A DNA stretch of 64,000 nucleotides from Balanoglossus misakiensis (lineage: Eukaryota > Animalia > Hemichordata): assembly GCA_040954595.2 (NCBI GenBank), contig CM082596.2:1517854-1581853 (forward strand). The letters run 5' to 3'. Below, piece by piece: positions 51,701-64,000 of the stretch (positions are counted from its first letter, which is position 1; each line of letters begins with the position of its first letter). The position numbers were made by a program, and so were the translations under genes. The notes under the pieces are model-generated. The model did not search any database. It was not told where the DNA came from and worked only from the letters and a program-made list of their open reading frames with translations.

Positions 51701-54700
51701 AGGGTGTCTGCCGCGGCCGTCTGTACAAGTATTCTGCAGGCGCGCGGACACATGGCATGACCTCTAACAAAAGTTGCTACATCTTTTGTCAAGTTTTAGA
51801 TATTTTGTTGCGACCGGAACGCTGAGCTGCGTTAGTTGTTGCAATTTGTGCATTACTACGTCAATGATACTATTTATAGGACGCATGTCTAAAGATAACT
51901 GGTGCGCTGAGTGAAATGGGCAACGCTTACTGTTTCACGATCCGGTGAAATGCGATCGTGACTCGCGGTTTTCCAGGAGTTTCAAGGAGAAATTTTGAAT
52001 TTCCAGGAGATTTCAGGAGTTTCCAGGAGGGGTTTCAAATTCCAGGAGATTCCAGGAGTTTCCAGGAGCGTACGAACCCTGATTGATAATCAGAGGAAAA
52101 TTTCATTTGCGTCTGGTGAATATACACTCTATTAAATAACCACTCTCTCAGACTGCAGTCATGGTAATTAAGTAGGGAATGTGAGTGAGAAAGTACATTC
52201 AAAAGCTTCATCAAGAGCTGATATAACTGCGAAATATTAACTGACATCAATGCCGAGGAGTTAAGATACAGAACCTGGGAAATATACTATAGTATTAACG
52301 TAATATGTATATTAAATTTTGTAAAATGGTACTGCATGTAGAGCTGACGCATGTGCTGACGCTAATTGTATTGCGTCTGTGCTTGCGAATGTTAGTTCAA
52401 ATTGGCCGGACAGACAAGCTCGTGGTCACCCATTTCTGGTGTTTGACTTTAGCCTTGAACTCAGCAGTGTTGTTTGTACTAAACTTCGTACTTAACACAT
52501 CTGTGATATAAATTAAAGACAGGGCAGCGTTTGTGTTTAAAATACAAGAGAGGAGAAACTGTGACCCCACTGCCTGTAGCTCATGTCAATCCTCAGAAAC
52601 AACTTACATCACGGATCTGACGATTTGTCAGTGAAACTGGAGAATGTGTGATGCCACCGATGATAAAGTGTCCTCTCTAAAAAGTGAACGGGTAAAGTAG
52701 GGGACGTGACCTCGACATGGGAAGAGAAACGAGAACCAAGGCTGACACAACATCAGAGTGCTTATGCCCCGACAGGTCGTATATCATGACATGAACGTCT
52801 GTTGGTGCAAACTTGAACCGTGATAATCTATAGTTTGTGTGCCGTCATGATATCAACTGCAGCGGGAACGTTCGTGTTTATGAGTCGATAAGATTAGCGG
52901 AGGCGTTGACAGCATCCCGCTAGTCCGAAGTACCACAAGTCCCCTGTGGGCTGCCAGCACAGCACATATCAAGAATGCAAAACTCTTAGTAGTAGTAGAT
53001 CGAAATCACAATCTTGTAAATACCACAAGACAGTAACAGTGTCCACTTTCGTTAAATAATCGGAAAGAATGATTAAATTTCAGATGATCTACTAATCAAC
53101 ACCACTGCGCATTTAGTCATTTTCTTCCCGAACATTGTCCCTTTTAAATTTGTTCCCCAGAACAGAACAGTTATGTAGGCACGCATAGCATACCTATGTA
53201 TCAAAATAATTTGATTAGTTGGCTTCGACCCATTGTAGCCAGAGGTCAAATGCCCACCGCGCCTGGAACAAATTAATAGTTGGATGACTCTACGAACGAT
53301 AAATAATCAAATATATGCGCGCGTTTTATCACAGCCAAATCTTGCATGAATTCAAACAAACGACCTGTGTGATCGATAAACTAGATGGGAAAATAGCATC
53401 TGTATTCTCAAATATTCGCGCAATTATTCCCTGAGAGTGGAAGTATTTTTCACGAATAATTTTGGGGGACTAGCACAGCTGTTTGTTTCCAACGATAATT
53501 TGTGATTCACTCGGCACAGTGAAGCGAGAGCTTAACGAACGACTGTGCTAATCCGCCACAACCCATAAATCTTCATTCTTTTTCAATTGATCGCCTAAGA
53601 CCGGGCGCGGAGGTAGAGCAGTCACGCAGCAGCGTCAGAGTCTGACACTGAGGCCAGCGTTTGAAGATACACGCGTCGACCCGAGCATCACATCATTATT
53701 AATACACGGCGCAGTGTTCACGTAGTCAGGTTGAATTTCCTGGGCTGGCAACGCACACATACAAGGTAATATCGGTCTCGGGGGGTTCAACAAACTGCTA
53801 GAGGGTGTAAATCACTGACTAATTAAATTTACCTACAAATAAATTACTACGTTTGAAACAGGGTGAAAATGTTACAAGAATTGCCAAGGTTGAAGTACTT
53901 GGTCTGGTTTGGACTGTACAGAAGGCTGGTGGCCAATTTACTCCAGTTGCAAAACAGTGCATATTTCTCTGCCCGGTGCAGTGGCAGGCGGAAGCTTGAT
54001 GTCTACTGAGTTATGCGAAACATAAGCAAACTGACTGATCGGAGGCAGGGTCTGTGAGTTGTTTAAACACGATTCCTCAACAACACAGCTTCTTGTCTTC
54101 GTTAGGCCATCGCCTCATGACATATCTGCTGGATACTTTCTTCTGTGCACTGATCATCCGATTTGAATTTGTCAATGGAATTGAATTAGCTCAATGATGA
54201 TACCGCCATCACGGCGCACTTTTTGACATATATTTACGCCGACATTTTTCTCAACTACTGTCGCTTAAATGCTTAATTGCATCGACAAAATCGATGTTTA
54301 AGTCAAATGCAAACACACAAAAAACCTTCTGAACATTACGCTGTAATCTTAACTGACTTTGCAAATTTGTGAGGACATTATCTATTTTAAAGCGCCATCT
54401 AAGGTAGTTGGTGTTGTCACTCAAAACGAAGACTCTTTTCAAATTTGCACCCTTGATGACTTTCTGTTGCTCTGCGCTTTCAAGGATTCACACCATCGCT
54501 CCAGCTGCGTTTTTTTCATCCCAAACTATTAATCACTGAATTTTGTGGCGTCTTTATCTTTTCCATAATTGTCCCAAGATTTTTTGTTCAACTCCCCCAA
54601 AGCACTTCAAGCGCTTGCGAGTATCTCAATGCATTTCATCTGACGACTGTTCATCAGATGGTGAAATACTATCCAAGTAAACGGGCGTATTCACAATCCC

Positions 54701-55388
54701 GATAATTAATGTTTCCTATCCTGATTACAGTCATGTTTTATATTTAGATTATCCACAGGGTTTTGGATCAAAGGAACGCGGCATTAATAAGCTGCCTGTG
54801 TTGTACACGTCTGTAATATGCACAGATATGCACAAAACATGCCCATTTTATCAGACACTTGCACGCAACGCTTTTAAATTGGAGTGCCCTTTAGGTCACC
54901 GTTGTTATTAGATGGTACAAGACAATTTTTGACCTACCTATGGTTGTGATGACTGTCAGGGAGAAAAGAAGGGAGCCAAAGAAATTCCACTTGTTCGACT
55001 TATTGCTATTGTATCCGTGTCTTGTGATAAACCTGGTCAGATTGCTCTCGAATTCGAGTAGGCGAGTGCGTCCCATATTTTCGGTCCAGTTTGCGGGGTT
55101 TCGAACACATTCCACCGAGAAGTCTTTGACCAGAAACTCACGCTGCAGTTCAACCAGATGTGCTACTTGTTCCTCTGCGGGCTCTTCCAAACTTTTGAAG
55201 ACTAACGCACCGATGAAGACATATCCAACCAGCACGCTTGTCAGGCCGATGTACGAACAGAAAAACTGTACTATTTTTCGGAAGTAAAACAAGAATTGAT
55301 CCTTGGGGCTCCGTTTTCTCTTCTGAGGACGCTCGGGCTCCACATCGATAGCTATTTTCACTGTTTTCTCCTTTGCTTGCCGTTCCAT
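19887..55388 (-). CDS. KCNK18-like: Two-pore-domain potassium channel (K2P; TRESK/KCNK18- or invertebrate TWK-like), 3 coding exons, ~850 aa
   Basis: Exons 55388-54938, 22145-21915 and 21757-19887 join in frame (451+231+1871 = 2553 nt). They encode M1 ([22 protein letters not shown]), a cap with Cys, P1 ([18 protein letters not shown]|YGHITP), M2 ([20 protein letters not shown]), a long loop, M3 ([21 protein letters not shown]), P2 ([17 protein letters not shown]), M4 and a short C-tail. Long loop plus short tail is the TRESK-type architecture; the subfamily label is inference. Confidence 0.92.
21915..22145 (-). CDS. KCNK18-like: K2P channel coding exon 2 (YG of filter, M2)
   Basis: Acceptor TTTTTCCTTTCAG|GT TAC GGC CAC ATA ACA CCG ([26 protein letters not shown]); donor AAAAC|GTAAG. 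Confidence 0.93.
28378..28449. repeat. 36-bp tandem duplication (2 copies)
   Basis: CGCGATGCATTGTTGTAGCGAAAAAGCAATTGATTT followed by CGCAATGCATTGTTGTACCGAAAAAGCAATTGATTT (2 mismatches). Confidence 0.9.
44630..44683. repeat. CT/GTCT/GT simple repeat
   Basis: ctctgtctgcatctttgtctgtctgtctctgtctctctccctctgtgtgtgtg. Confidence 0.75.
46796..46852. repeat. Imperfect (GAT/GGT)n microsatellite
   Basis: atgatgatggtggtggttgtgaggatgatgatgatgattatg. Confidence 0.7.
51202..52081. mobile_element. Non-autonomous DNA transposon with short TIRs, 5-bp TSD and subterminal TTCCAGGAG arrays (hAT5-like, tentative)
   Basis: ATTGA|CAGGGTTCATAC...GTACGAACCCTG|ATTGA. TIRs match 11/12. TSD ATTGA at 51197-51201 and 52082-52086. 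TTCCAGGAG units are repeated near both ends. Confidence 0.85.
54938..55388 (-). CDS. KCNK18-like: K2P channel coding exon 1 (N-terminus, M1, cap, first half of P1)
   Basis: Starts MERQAKEK and ends ...SLTVITTI G|GTAGGT donor. The upstream start at 55460 in the ORF track is a TTG; the first in-frame ATG is at 55388. Confidence 0.9.
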
Positions 55389-57844
55389 AATTCTAGAAAC
55401 ACTCAGATTTAACTGATGTAGTCTGCCGGTCCAACTCTCGTCAATACACCTACCATTCAAATCTACTCAAAATGTACACGTCGATCAACAGCACAAAGTG
55501 ATCTTCTCAGAAAAAAAGCCAACAGAGTATCAAGCCTTCATCCCGGCCCCCGTTTTTTACCTTTGCCGCTTTCAGCTCATTCTCCGTTCGTGTGAAGCCA
55601 TGTCTGTAAGTATACAGTGTATCCCGTTGAAATCACCACATACGTCTGTAGCAAATAACTGGTACGTTGTTAGAAAACGTCGCAGTGGACGCTATTCTCA
55701 AAGCACGGACCAACATACTGGTATACGAGGTGGCTGTTCCGATTATGAAAGGCCCTCCCGCTGCTGGCGAGATCTGTAGAAAGTGAAATAAAAAATGTAC
55801 GTTAGCTATACTCGGTCTGAATGGCTCTGTTAGATTGGCAATGATTTAAAGTTGTTCGCTGTCATCACATTTGTCATTATTAGAAAACAGACAGTGGTTA
55901 TGGCGTCCTCAATTACGTCAAACTTGCTGTGGCAGCTTCCCTTTCAGACTCATATACTGTGAAATTGCACAGCGTCGTCTGCAACGCTTGCCATCCCTAC
56001 AATCCGACAGACCTGTCAGAATGTGCCGCTTTTCAAACCCCGTTAGCTCAACCAATCGTTCCCGTTCTGGCCAATAACAGAACCAGAAAACATGCTTATT
56101 TCATGGAAATCTTGTTTGCTTTGTCATACAGACAGATATATTTTTGAATTAATATTTTGGTTTCTGACAAAAGTATAAAGCTTGGTGAGTACGTAATGAA
56201 TCCCGGGAGAATGAAATCAAACCGGAAGTAGCAGATGAAAACCAAGTCCACACCAATATATGGTGTTTCGCGATTCTTGATCTAAATTTAGAGTTCAATT
56301 GGATAAAACTTGTGGACCTTCATTGGACATGTTAGAACCAGTCAACCGTATGTATGGGGAAGTGATGAAAGTCAACACAGAGTGGCCATTTCAATCGTTG
56401 GTGACCGAGAACTGGATTAACGCTGTTTGGTTGCTATGGGCAACAATTAGTGTTGTGTTAAAGCCTAAATAAATAAACTGAAGTGACGTATTCTGTGGGA
56501 TATTGGTGGTCTCCGTTTGGTTGTGAAAATATGCACTGGTGTGGACCGTTGCCTGAACATGTTACGGGCCACGTATGACGACAGATAGGACGAAGCTTGT
56601 GTGAGCAGAGGACAACTTTAACGCAAATTAATTTAAGTTGGAAGTGTGGGAGGATTCTCCACCACGCTAAGCGCTTTCATCGCAGGGAAGACTTTACGAT
56701 GGATCTGTCAGTCGTCAGCGTCTAAATGCAGACGATATAAAATATGATATTGCCTGTCTTTTTATTGTGGATTTTATGCAGGCATAAAACAAGTAGCCTC
56801 TGGCATGGAGCACTTGCTGGCATAAAAGGTGAGCGGTGTTGTGTCAGTCGATATAGTGCCTATAACAGTTTTCCCCCAAACCTCCTCAAAATATTACGAC
56901 ACAAGTTTGTTTTCATTGCCGTCTTTGTTTTCTATGACTAACTAATTGGTATACTAGCTGTCAATTTGATGGAGCTGTACTCCCGTGTTACACACATTCA
57001 GTTTATCGCAGCCGGCAAATGGGAAGTTCTAATTGCGATGTCTGACCATATATGAAGAAGTGCCTGTCACAGTTGCCACCACGCAGATAATAAATCGCGC
57101 ACAAAAATTATCGTCTGCCTCTGCGCAAAATTAATTCTGCCGGGAAAATGTCCACTCGGAGGAACATAACGTGCATTAGGATAAATGCACGCTGAAATTG
57201 CTCTGACCTTTGACCCAACTCTACTGAAAACAAAGAATATGTCGTTCACATACCAAATAGTCAAAACACTATTCGTGACATGAATAATAAAGATGACATC
57301 AGAAAAACCCATAAGCCAACTGTAACGTGTAATCCGCCGGTGCTTTTTACGAAAGACTGAATCGATTTCCCACAAAATTTCATAATCGTTTTATAATGAG
57401 CAACGTTATATGACACAAGCACATTTTTCAGTTCAGCTACTGAAGGAAGAGGGTTTCTTACTTCTGAATGTCAACCATATTTGAATCTTTGACGTGCAGG
57501 TGTTGCGGCTGTATATTCTTAAAAGATGTTTTTGCTAACTTTGTGATAGTCAAAATAAACATTATGTGTATCAAAGTTACGTCACTAGATGCAATATTGT
57601 AAATCTGTGGAAATTTGTATTCTGTGTAATATCTTTGAATGTTAATCAGTACAAAAGATTTATTTGTGTGAAATCTCAGCACGAGGTTTGTGAATGGAGT
57701 CCACCAATACTGAATACAGCTCGCAAATCGGTTATTATTAAAGATGCACGCATATTTACTAACATTCATGAACAGAACATGAAGTGACCTCGGAAATACC
57801 CGTCACACACAAAAAAGAAAACTGTGATGGTTCGACCGTACCGG

Positions 57845-57862
57845 TGACGTCACATGACGTCA
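57845..57862. promoter_or_regulatory. Tandem pair of full CRE palindromes ~2.5 kb upstream of the K2P start codon
   Basis: TGACGTCA-CA-TGACGTCA (starts at 57845 and 57855, 10-bp period); function not demonstrated. Confidence 0.45.
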
Positions 57863-59204
57863 CATAATTGGGAGATCATTTTTCAGCGAGTATATTGGTG
57901 TCAGAGGTGACGCCGAAAAAACGTGATTAGATTTCATAATTCTGTTGGCATATAAATCATACTGTGACACCCCCGGGCATTCGTGGAAAATGGAACGCAC
58001 CTGCTGTAAGCAATATGCATTGGCCTCGCAATAGTGAACATGCATGCATTTTTAAGATGCAACCAGTATGCTACTGTTTTCATTGATCATATTGTTTTTT
58101 TCCAATCCAGGAATCAAGGGAACAGTAGAACTTGTTTCAGTACGAGCACGTACATTAATTAGACCGTTTTCCCAACAATGTTTTTTTGCTCCGTATGACT
58201 CATCTATCGTTCAGAGCTTTCCCTGTTTAACTGTTTCAGAAGATTCGCGATCACTTAACAGATTATTCACATGGCTGAGACTATCTGCGCTGGCAAGGAT
58301 GCATGTACCGTGGTTTGTATTGAGAACTCACGTGTACTGACACCGATATACTCGAAGGGCACATAACGTTTCAACACAGTAACATGTAAACTTGTGTAAA
58401 CCAATTCAGTTCAAATATACGTTTCAGCTGAAAAGTCAACGTCAAAGTCATTACACGGTTAGAGTCGCACCTGTATAAACAGAGGCGGATGACTAATGGT
58501 AGACAGACTTTCAAGTCTCAAGCAACGATCGGCAGAACTTTGCTTTCAATTAAATGACAATGTTGACAATGTATGTATATTAAATATTGCGTGCAATTTA
58601 TAAGGAAACAAATTTATCCCAATACTATTTTTAATGCAATTTTGTCAGATGTTATGACAGCAGTTTGTCTTTTGTCCATGCAAACATCGACAGGTCACAT
58701 GGTGAGCAATTCCGCCATTGGTAATTTGATATTAACTGTATTGCACTGTTGTAGTGTTGGCATACTCATCCCTAGCTATTACTGATCACCACCGATGCCG
58801 CAATCGGAATGCAGGGCGACGGATCCAACGCGACTAGAAGTGAAACGAAACGTAACTTTCGCGTTGACCAAGAATAATTCAATCAGTAGGCGACTGCAGC
58901 GCTTAAAATGATTAACTCCATATCCTTGAATCGCGTGTCTAGAGTTTGATTGGTGGAAAGAAAAGAAAGACAGTGTGCAACATCATGCCGGGGGCGAGGA
59001 TGACCTCTGGTCAGCCGACAAATCAACAGGGAAAATTATCAGAACAACTCAACTGGCAGCGACAGATTTTTCTCCAGGCACTGATAAGTAAATTGATCCA
59101 CTTTGTCGCCAATTTTACAAACTGCGAGTGTTTTAATATGAAATTCCTTTCGTGACAAGTCCATCTTGAAACACGTTCGAATATTAAAGTGTCCGTGGTG
59201 AAAA

Positions 59205-59765
59205 TAATTCATTCATTCATACACTCACTCACTCCCAAACACATGCACAACCAATTAACCGCTTTATTCACTAGAGAGAACAAACGTCTGATGTATAATT
59301 AAGCGACAGATTCGCTAATTATCAGATTGTGTGACAAACTGACTGATGTAGTCACTATCTGACGGACCTATATTGCATGATCAATGGCTACTACTGAATT
59401 GGCAATGAATGCAAACTGACCAAGACGACCGCCAGGAATTCACCCATTAGTCGCCTGTTCCACGACGAACTGTGTTGGACAGACTCTTAGACAACTGATT
59501 CGATCAAATGATCGATTCATTACTAGATTAGCTGATTGGTTGATGGATAGACAGAGCGAATAGCTGCTATCTGAATGACTAAAAACGTTGTACTCACTGA
59601 GTGATATAAAGACCTGATTAACGACTTCTATTTAGGTGCCTGACTGACAGACGAACTCACTGACTGACTGGCCGACTTACTGATTGATTGATTATTCGTT
59701 TATCCGGGCGAACAACCTTAAATTAAGTTACGAAGTAAATGCAAGAATAAATGAATAAATTGGCC
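59205..59765. repeat. Decayed tetranucleotide low-complexity tract (ATTC/ACTC/TGAC/GATT)
   Basis: attcattcattcat, actcactcactc, actgactgactgg, tgattgattgatt and aatgaataaat recur across the interval. Confidence 0.6.
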
Positions 59766-59865
59766 GATAAGGAATTAAACAGTGGTTCAACAACCGAGGG
59801 ATTCGTCTTATTATACGAGTATCTTGGTTACACTCTAGACCAACACTATAGTGTCATAGTTGAGT

Positions 59866-59961
59866 ACACAGAGAGAGAGAGAGAGACTGACAGAGACTGA
59901 GAGAGAGAGACACTGAGACAGATTGACAGACAAACAAAACCAGAGAAAGAGAGAGAGACAG
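59866..59961. repeat. (GA)n/(GACA)n compound microsatellite
   Basis: cacagagagagagagagagactgacagagactgagagagagagacactgagacagattgacagacaaac... Confidence 0.9.
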
Positions 59962-62900
59962 TATAGCCAGTCCAGGAGTGATCGATTTCTTTTCATTGAA
60001 GAAAATACACCAATATGTACAGTTCTGTAATGTCGTTGTTGAATACCCACATGTTACTTTGACAATCAATTATCTCCCCAGGGCTGAAGGTTTACACAGC
60101 CAAGTCCAATTATTTCTCAAGTAAAACATGCTGATCACTTGCACCTGTACACATGCACTGTGCTTGTTTCGTAGTAATTACCCCGAGGGCTTCTTGAATT
60201 AAATTTTGTCGTATACAGTTTGGTTTCTAAGGTTTGTTTGTATAAGAATGTTTTCTGCGTCACATAAATTTTAAGTTTGGTTTCTTTACGTAGCAAAGAT
60301 TTTGACTCCTCCCCAAAAATACGCAGGAAACTTCAGTTTGCATGGAATCCCACTGAAAGACAACTCATGATGTCAAGAAAGACACATCGACCACCATACC
60401 TCATGCTCTTGGAGGCGATGTTTCATATCACAGCGTCTTTCGTACTGAACGGATCAGCGCCAACGCGCAAACACAAATGAATTTCCAAACAGGCGACATA
60501 AAACGAACCAGTTTTACATTTATGGCCGTGTACTTGGGAGGCAATCTGCGCGGCCACTGGAATTAGCAATCGATGAAGCACACCACAAAGTCTTATATCA
60601 TTGGATCTGGCAGAAGTAGGTTGGATGAAAGTTACTGTGACTACACGTGGATAAATTCAATTAGTACACTCAGATGCTGTTAATTGAAACACGAGTTAGT
60701 GACGTTTATGACGTTTCTTGCACAATGGGCTTGAGTTCCAGTATGTCAGCTGACAAAATCCAATTCCAAATTTAACCAAAAAATGACAGTACCGTCTTTA
60801 AATTACAGAAGAATGGGTGATTATCTGAAATAATAAAGCCTGGAAATCATGGCCGCTCTGTTACTTTTGATGTTATGTGCTTCAATTTTGAATAGAACTA
60901 GGGAAATACACCAAAATGCTACTCGTTGTCAAAACGCACTTTATTCCCAGTCACATTCTGTAAAATTTCACGTCTGATGTTTTAAGCCCCGCACAAAATT
61001 CTCCTGGGACAAGTTTTGATGTCTGCCAATCACAAAGTGATCGATTAAGAGGTTCGTTGGGTTGATCACTGTTTACTCCTGTAAGGTTGTAGGATCGATA
61101 ATGGCACGGTACATCATTACCGTATCCTGACAGAGTCATCAATAGCGTCCGTTCTCTTGACAGGAAAAGTAATGGAATACGACAATGTCGTAAAGACACA
61201 AGATTGGCGATGTAATATTCCTGTCTGTAAGGGTTCTACAGTGTCAAAAATGAATGATGCTGTGCATTTTCTTATTCTTTCGGCAATAAACCATCCGAAA
61301 GTGCACAATTACAAGCTCGCGACACAACAGACGCCTCGAATTTCAAGAAATAGCAACTGAGGTCATTCGTGCGATCGGAGCTCTCCAAGAATAATTCTTG
61401 ATGAGAAAGAGCGTTACCATGGTTGCACTAGAATACCTCTCTCTTTCCACTGTCTGAAGTTCACTGTGAAAACAGAGCTGATTATCACTTCATTAACATA
61501 TTCGATTTCCGTGACGCAGACGGGATCACGTCGTGATCACCGTTGCGGGGTACAATCGTTGAGAAAAACCTGTGAGGCCGATTGTTCTTTTCATGAAAGT
61601 CCAGGAAATTTCTAAGAAACAAACGGTTGGTTATGACTGTAGTTCCAAACAATGTCGCCTGACTAAAATTGGGATTTAATTTTCAGTACGAGAAAAGTGC
61701 CCCATGGAAGACTCCCTATGGTACATTCTGCCAGTTGCACTCGACTTGATGATGAATCACTCTCATTTTCTCTATGCTTGAGTTGGCTAGATTTAGCATA
61801 TTAAATATCATAAAAATAGATTGTGTCAACTCAGTGGCCTCAGCGGCTTCAACAAAAAAAAATATTGAACTAATTCAGGTCATAAACGAGTTGTAGCCAC
61901 TTCAGCAGGTACCCAGGTTTTTAATAGTAGTTAATAAAAATGTAAAAAGTGGATTTCTTGTAGGTCGTTCAGATGGAGGTGCAAACACAGATTTTATTGT
62001 GTCGTTCATTACATCTTCCTTCAGATACTTCCGGTAAAGCTGGCTGTCGTTAACAAAACACACAATGCACCCTTGAATCACTCCTTGTTCGGTGGGCAGC
62101 ACCATGTTTTATAATTAATAAAGAAGACCCTCAGAACTCTTGCCAATTAAAACATGACATCATTGACTTGCTATTTTCCAACAGCTGTTGGACAGGACAG
62201 TAACTAAAACATGGAAATATAATTGTTATGTTTCCTGTTATCTGTGTAAAATATCCTAAAACTTACACCATCTAGTGAAGTCTTTCACTTCACAGATCAA
62301 TGTTCGATCCTCACAGGTCATTTTTTCACTTTGCGCTGAGCGCAACCTTGAAATTTTACATCCTGCCACAGCTTCCCCATTACTGTAGACCTACTTAATG
62401 TTTGCCTGGTTTATTTCTCGAGTAACGAGTATTACTCGTGCAAGCTTGAGAATTCCATATTCTTGACTTGAAAAATCAATTTGACAGAAATTTCCATGAA
62501 TGGACCAATATACAAATCATTTTTCAGAGTCGTGATGGTTCTAATACATGAGTACATTTCCATTTCGAATACTTGCTATCTTGAAATAGAAGTCAACAAA
62601 GCTTGCGACAGTAAGTCTTCCGGCTTTCGAGGTAATGCGATTTCATTGGCTTTCAAGTTAAATGCCTCTTGAAAGTTGCAAAATGATATGTAAATCGCTC
62701 ACCAAATTCCAGATTTCAAGTGTTTTAATTTTTAGTCATGAAGCAAACTCTCTAAGTCAACAAATCATAACTTGAGTGTTCATCAACTCGTGTTCTGACA
62801 GAAGCTTAACACATTTAACAACAAAAATCCGATGACAGTAGGACGACGTGCGTGAAATAAAGAAATTCCCCGGGGAAAGGCTCATCCCTCTAATCTGAAC

Positions 62901-64000
62901 GATACATCTCCCATTTAGCGTGTTCTCTTTCCCCCAATGTTGTCTTACTTAATTTGTTCTGATAGGCTCATGATACGATTTCACTTTGCTTTGTTTCCTA
63001 AACGTCTTTCGAATTGCAATAGATATGTATAACCGTTCCAACCAGTGACTATCTGGGAACCACGTTTAGGGTGTATAAGCCTGTGTATCGCACGTGGTTA
63101 GGGTTGAAGTTCAACATCAAGTCAAAGTTGACGACCAGATTGATCGCAGTGAAAACAAAATCCATCAGATTAGACACTGTGTGACAAGTACGGAAATTAG
63201 ATTATCAAAAACACGGTGCCGAATGGGGATGTGTCGAACTTGAATATCGCAGGTCAAACTGGACTGTTTTATGATCAATCTGTATGGTTGAGCTCCTTTT
63301 CTCTGTTTTCTTACTTAAGATGGTGTGCCACTTCATTTTCTAAAATCACATTGGACGTACTGTTTCTCCTGCAGCCAAAAAGTAAACACTTCGGTCGTGC
63401 ATGTTTGGGTCACTGCTTGATGACTAGATTAAACCTTTACAATGAATCTGTACAAAAAACTAAAAGACTGCGAAAGAGAATCAAAGTGTGAACCCTTTCA
63501 ATAATCATGAGTGAATTTTACTCAACATATAGTCTGATTGTATTTTTATTTTTATAAGATAACTGGTCATGACTCGCTGAATGCATGTCTCCCATTGCAT
63601 CGAATTAGTAATAGTAAATTCTTCTAAGGTTGATTTACGAGTATGACAAGTATGGCGATTGCTGTACGGGTTTAATCACTGGTTAGCCCGACTGTATTTT
63701 CTAATTAACAGAGCGGTGTCATGCTTTGCATAAATTATCCCCGACTAACGAGCTGTGTCCTTGTAGCTGGTTGTTTGAAGGTAAACTGAATCCTGGTTAA
63801 CATTCAAAACGACAACAACCAACCAACCAAGTCAGTTAGGGCTTTGTCTTTCTGTAGAATCGGATTGATTTCTTACCACGTGCCTTTTACCACCGAATGT
63901 TCCAATATTTAACGTCGAATATTAAATTGCTCATTCCAATATAAAATGGACCTTGACGCTACGTTTGCAGGTTTGAGTATTGTAAACAATTGAAATGTTA

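Larger units (their letters stand above)
22146..54937 (-). other. 32,792-bp phase-1 intron of the K2P gene, splitting the first Gly codon of the P1 GYG filter
   Basis: GT at 54937-54936 and AG at 22147-22146. The flanking exons reconstitute TTIG-YGHITP. No recognisable intervening coding exon was found. Confidence 0.85.

Noticed and set aside
51230-52070. TTCCAGGAG arrays (and the 5.7-kb and 28.4-kb repeats) as CRISPR-like arrays
   Set aside because: Eukaryotic context, units too short or lacking unique regular spacers, and no cas genes; explained as transposon subterminal or tandem repeats.
55389-55460. N-terminal extension of the K2P channel given in the ORF track
   Set aside because: It begins at a TTG; in a eukaryote the first in-frame ATG (55388) is the more defensible start, though an upstream exon cannot be excluded.
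62270-62330. GTTCGATCC B-box-like motif (tRNA or tRNA-derived SINE)
   Set aside because: No convincing A-box or cloverleaf stems.

Overview
Eukaryotic, AT-rich, intron-rich animal genomic DNA. An invertebrate deuterostome such as a hemichordate or echinoderm is plausible but cannot be proven from the window. Three protein-coding genes were reconstructed by hand from GT-AG splice sites. (1) A 5'-truncated proton-coupled oligopeptide transporter (POT/PTR2, SLC15A1/2-like) on + at 51-5306. (2) A complete tandem paralog on + at 8827-17859 (20 exons, 829 aa). (3) A convergent two-pore-domain K+ channel (K2P, TRESK/KCNK18- or TWK-like) on - at 55388-19887 (3 exons, 850 aa). Its first selectivity filter (TIG|YG) is split by a 32.8-kb intron, and it has a ~540-aa M2-M3 cytoplasmic loop containing a duplicated, unrecognised motif. 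Non-coding features include a 609-bp TTAA-flanked fold-back MITE, an 880-bp DNA transposon with a 5-bp TSD and co-oriented subterminal arrays, a phased CArG-box array, clustered CRE palindromes, microsatellites and a sharp CpG-density transition. Most ORFs in the supplied track are exon fragments or noise. I found no unambiguous wholly new multi-gene system. The best candidates for novelty are the K2P loop module, the PepT paralogs' His substitution at a proton-coupling site and sorting-motif repeat, and the transposon and regulatory arrays.
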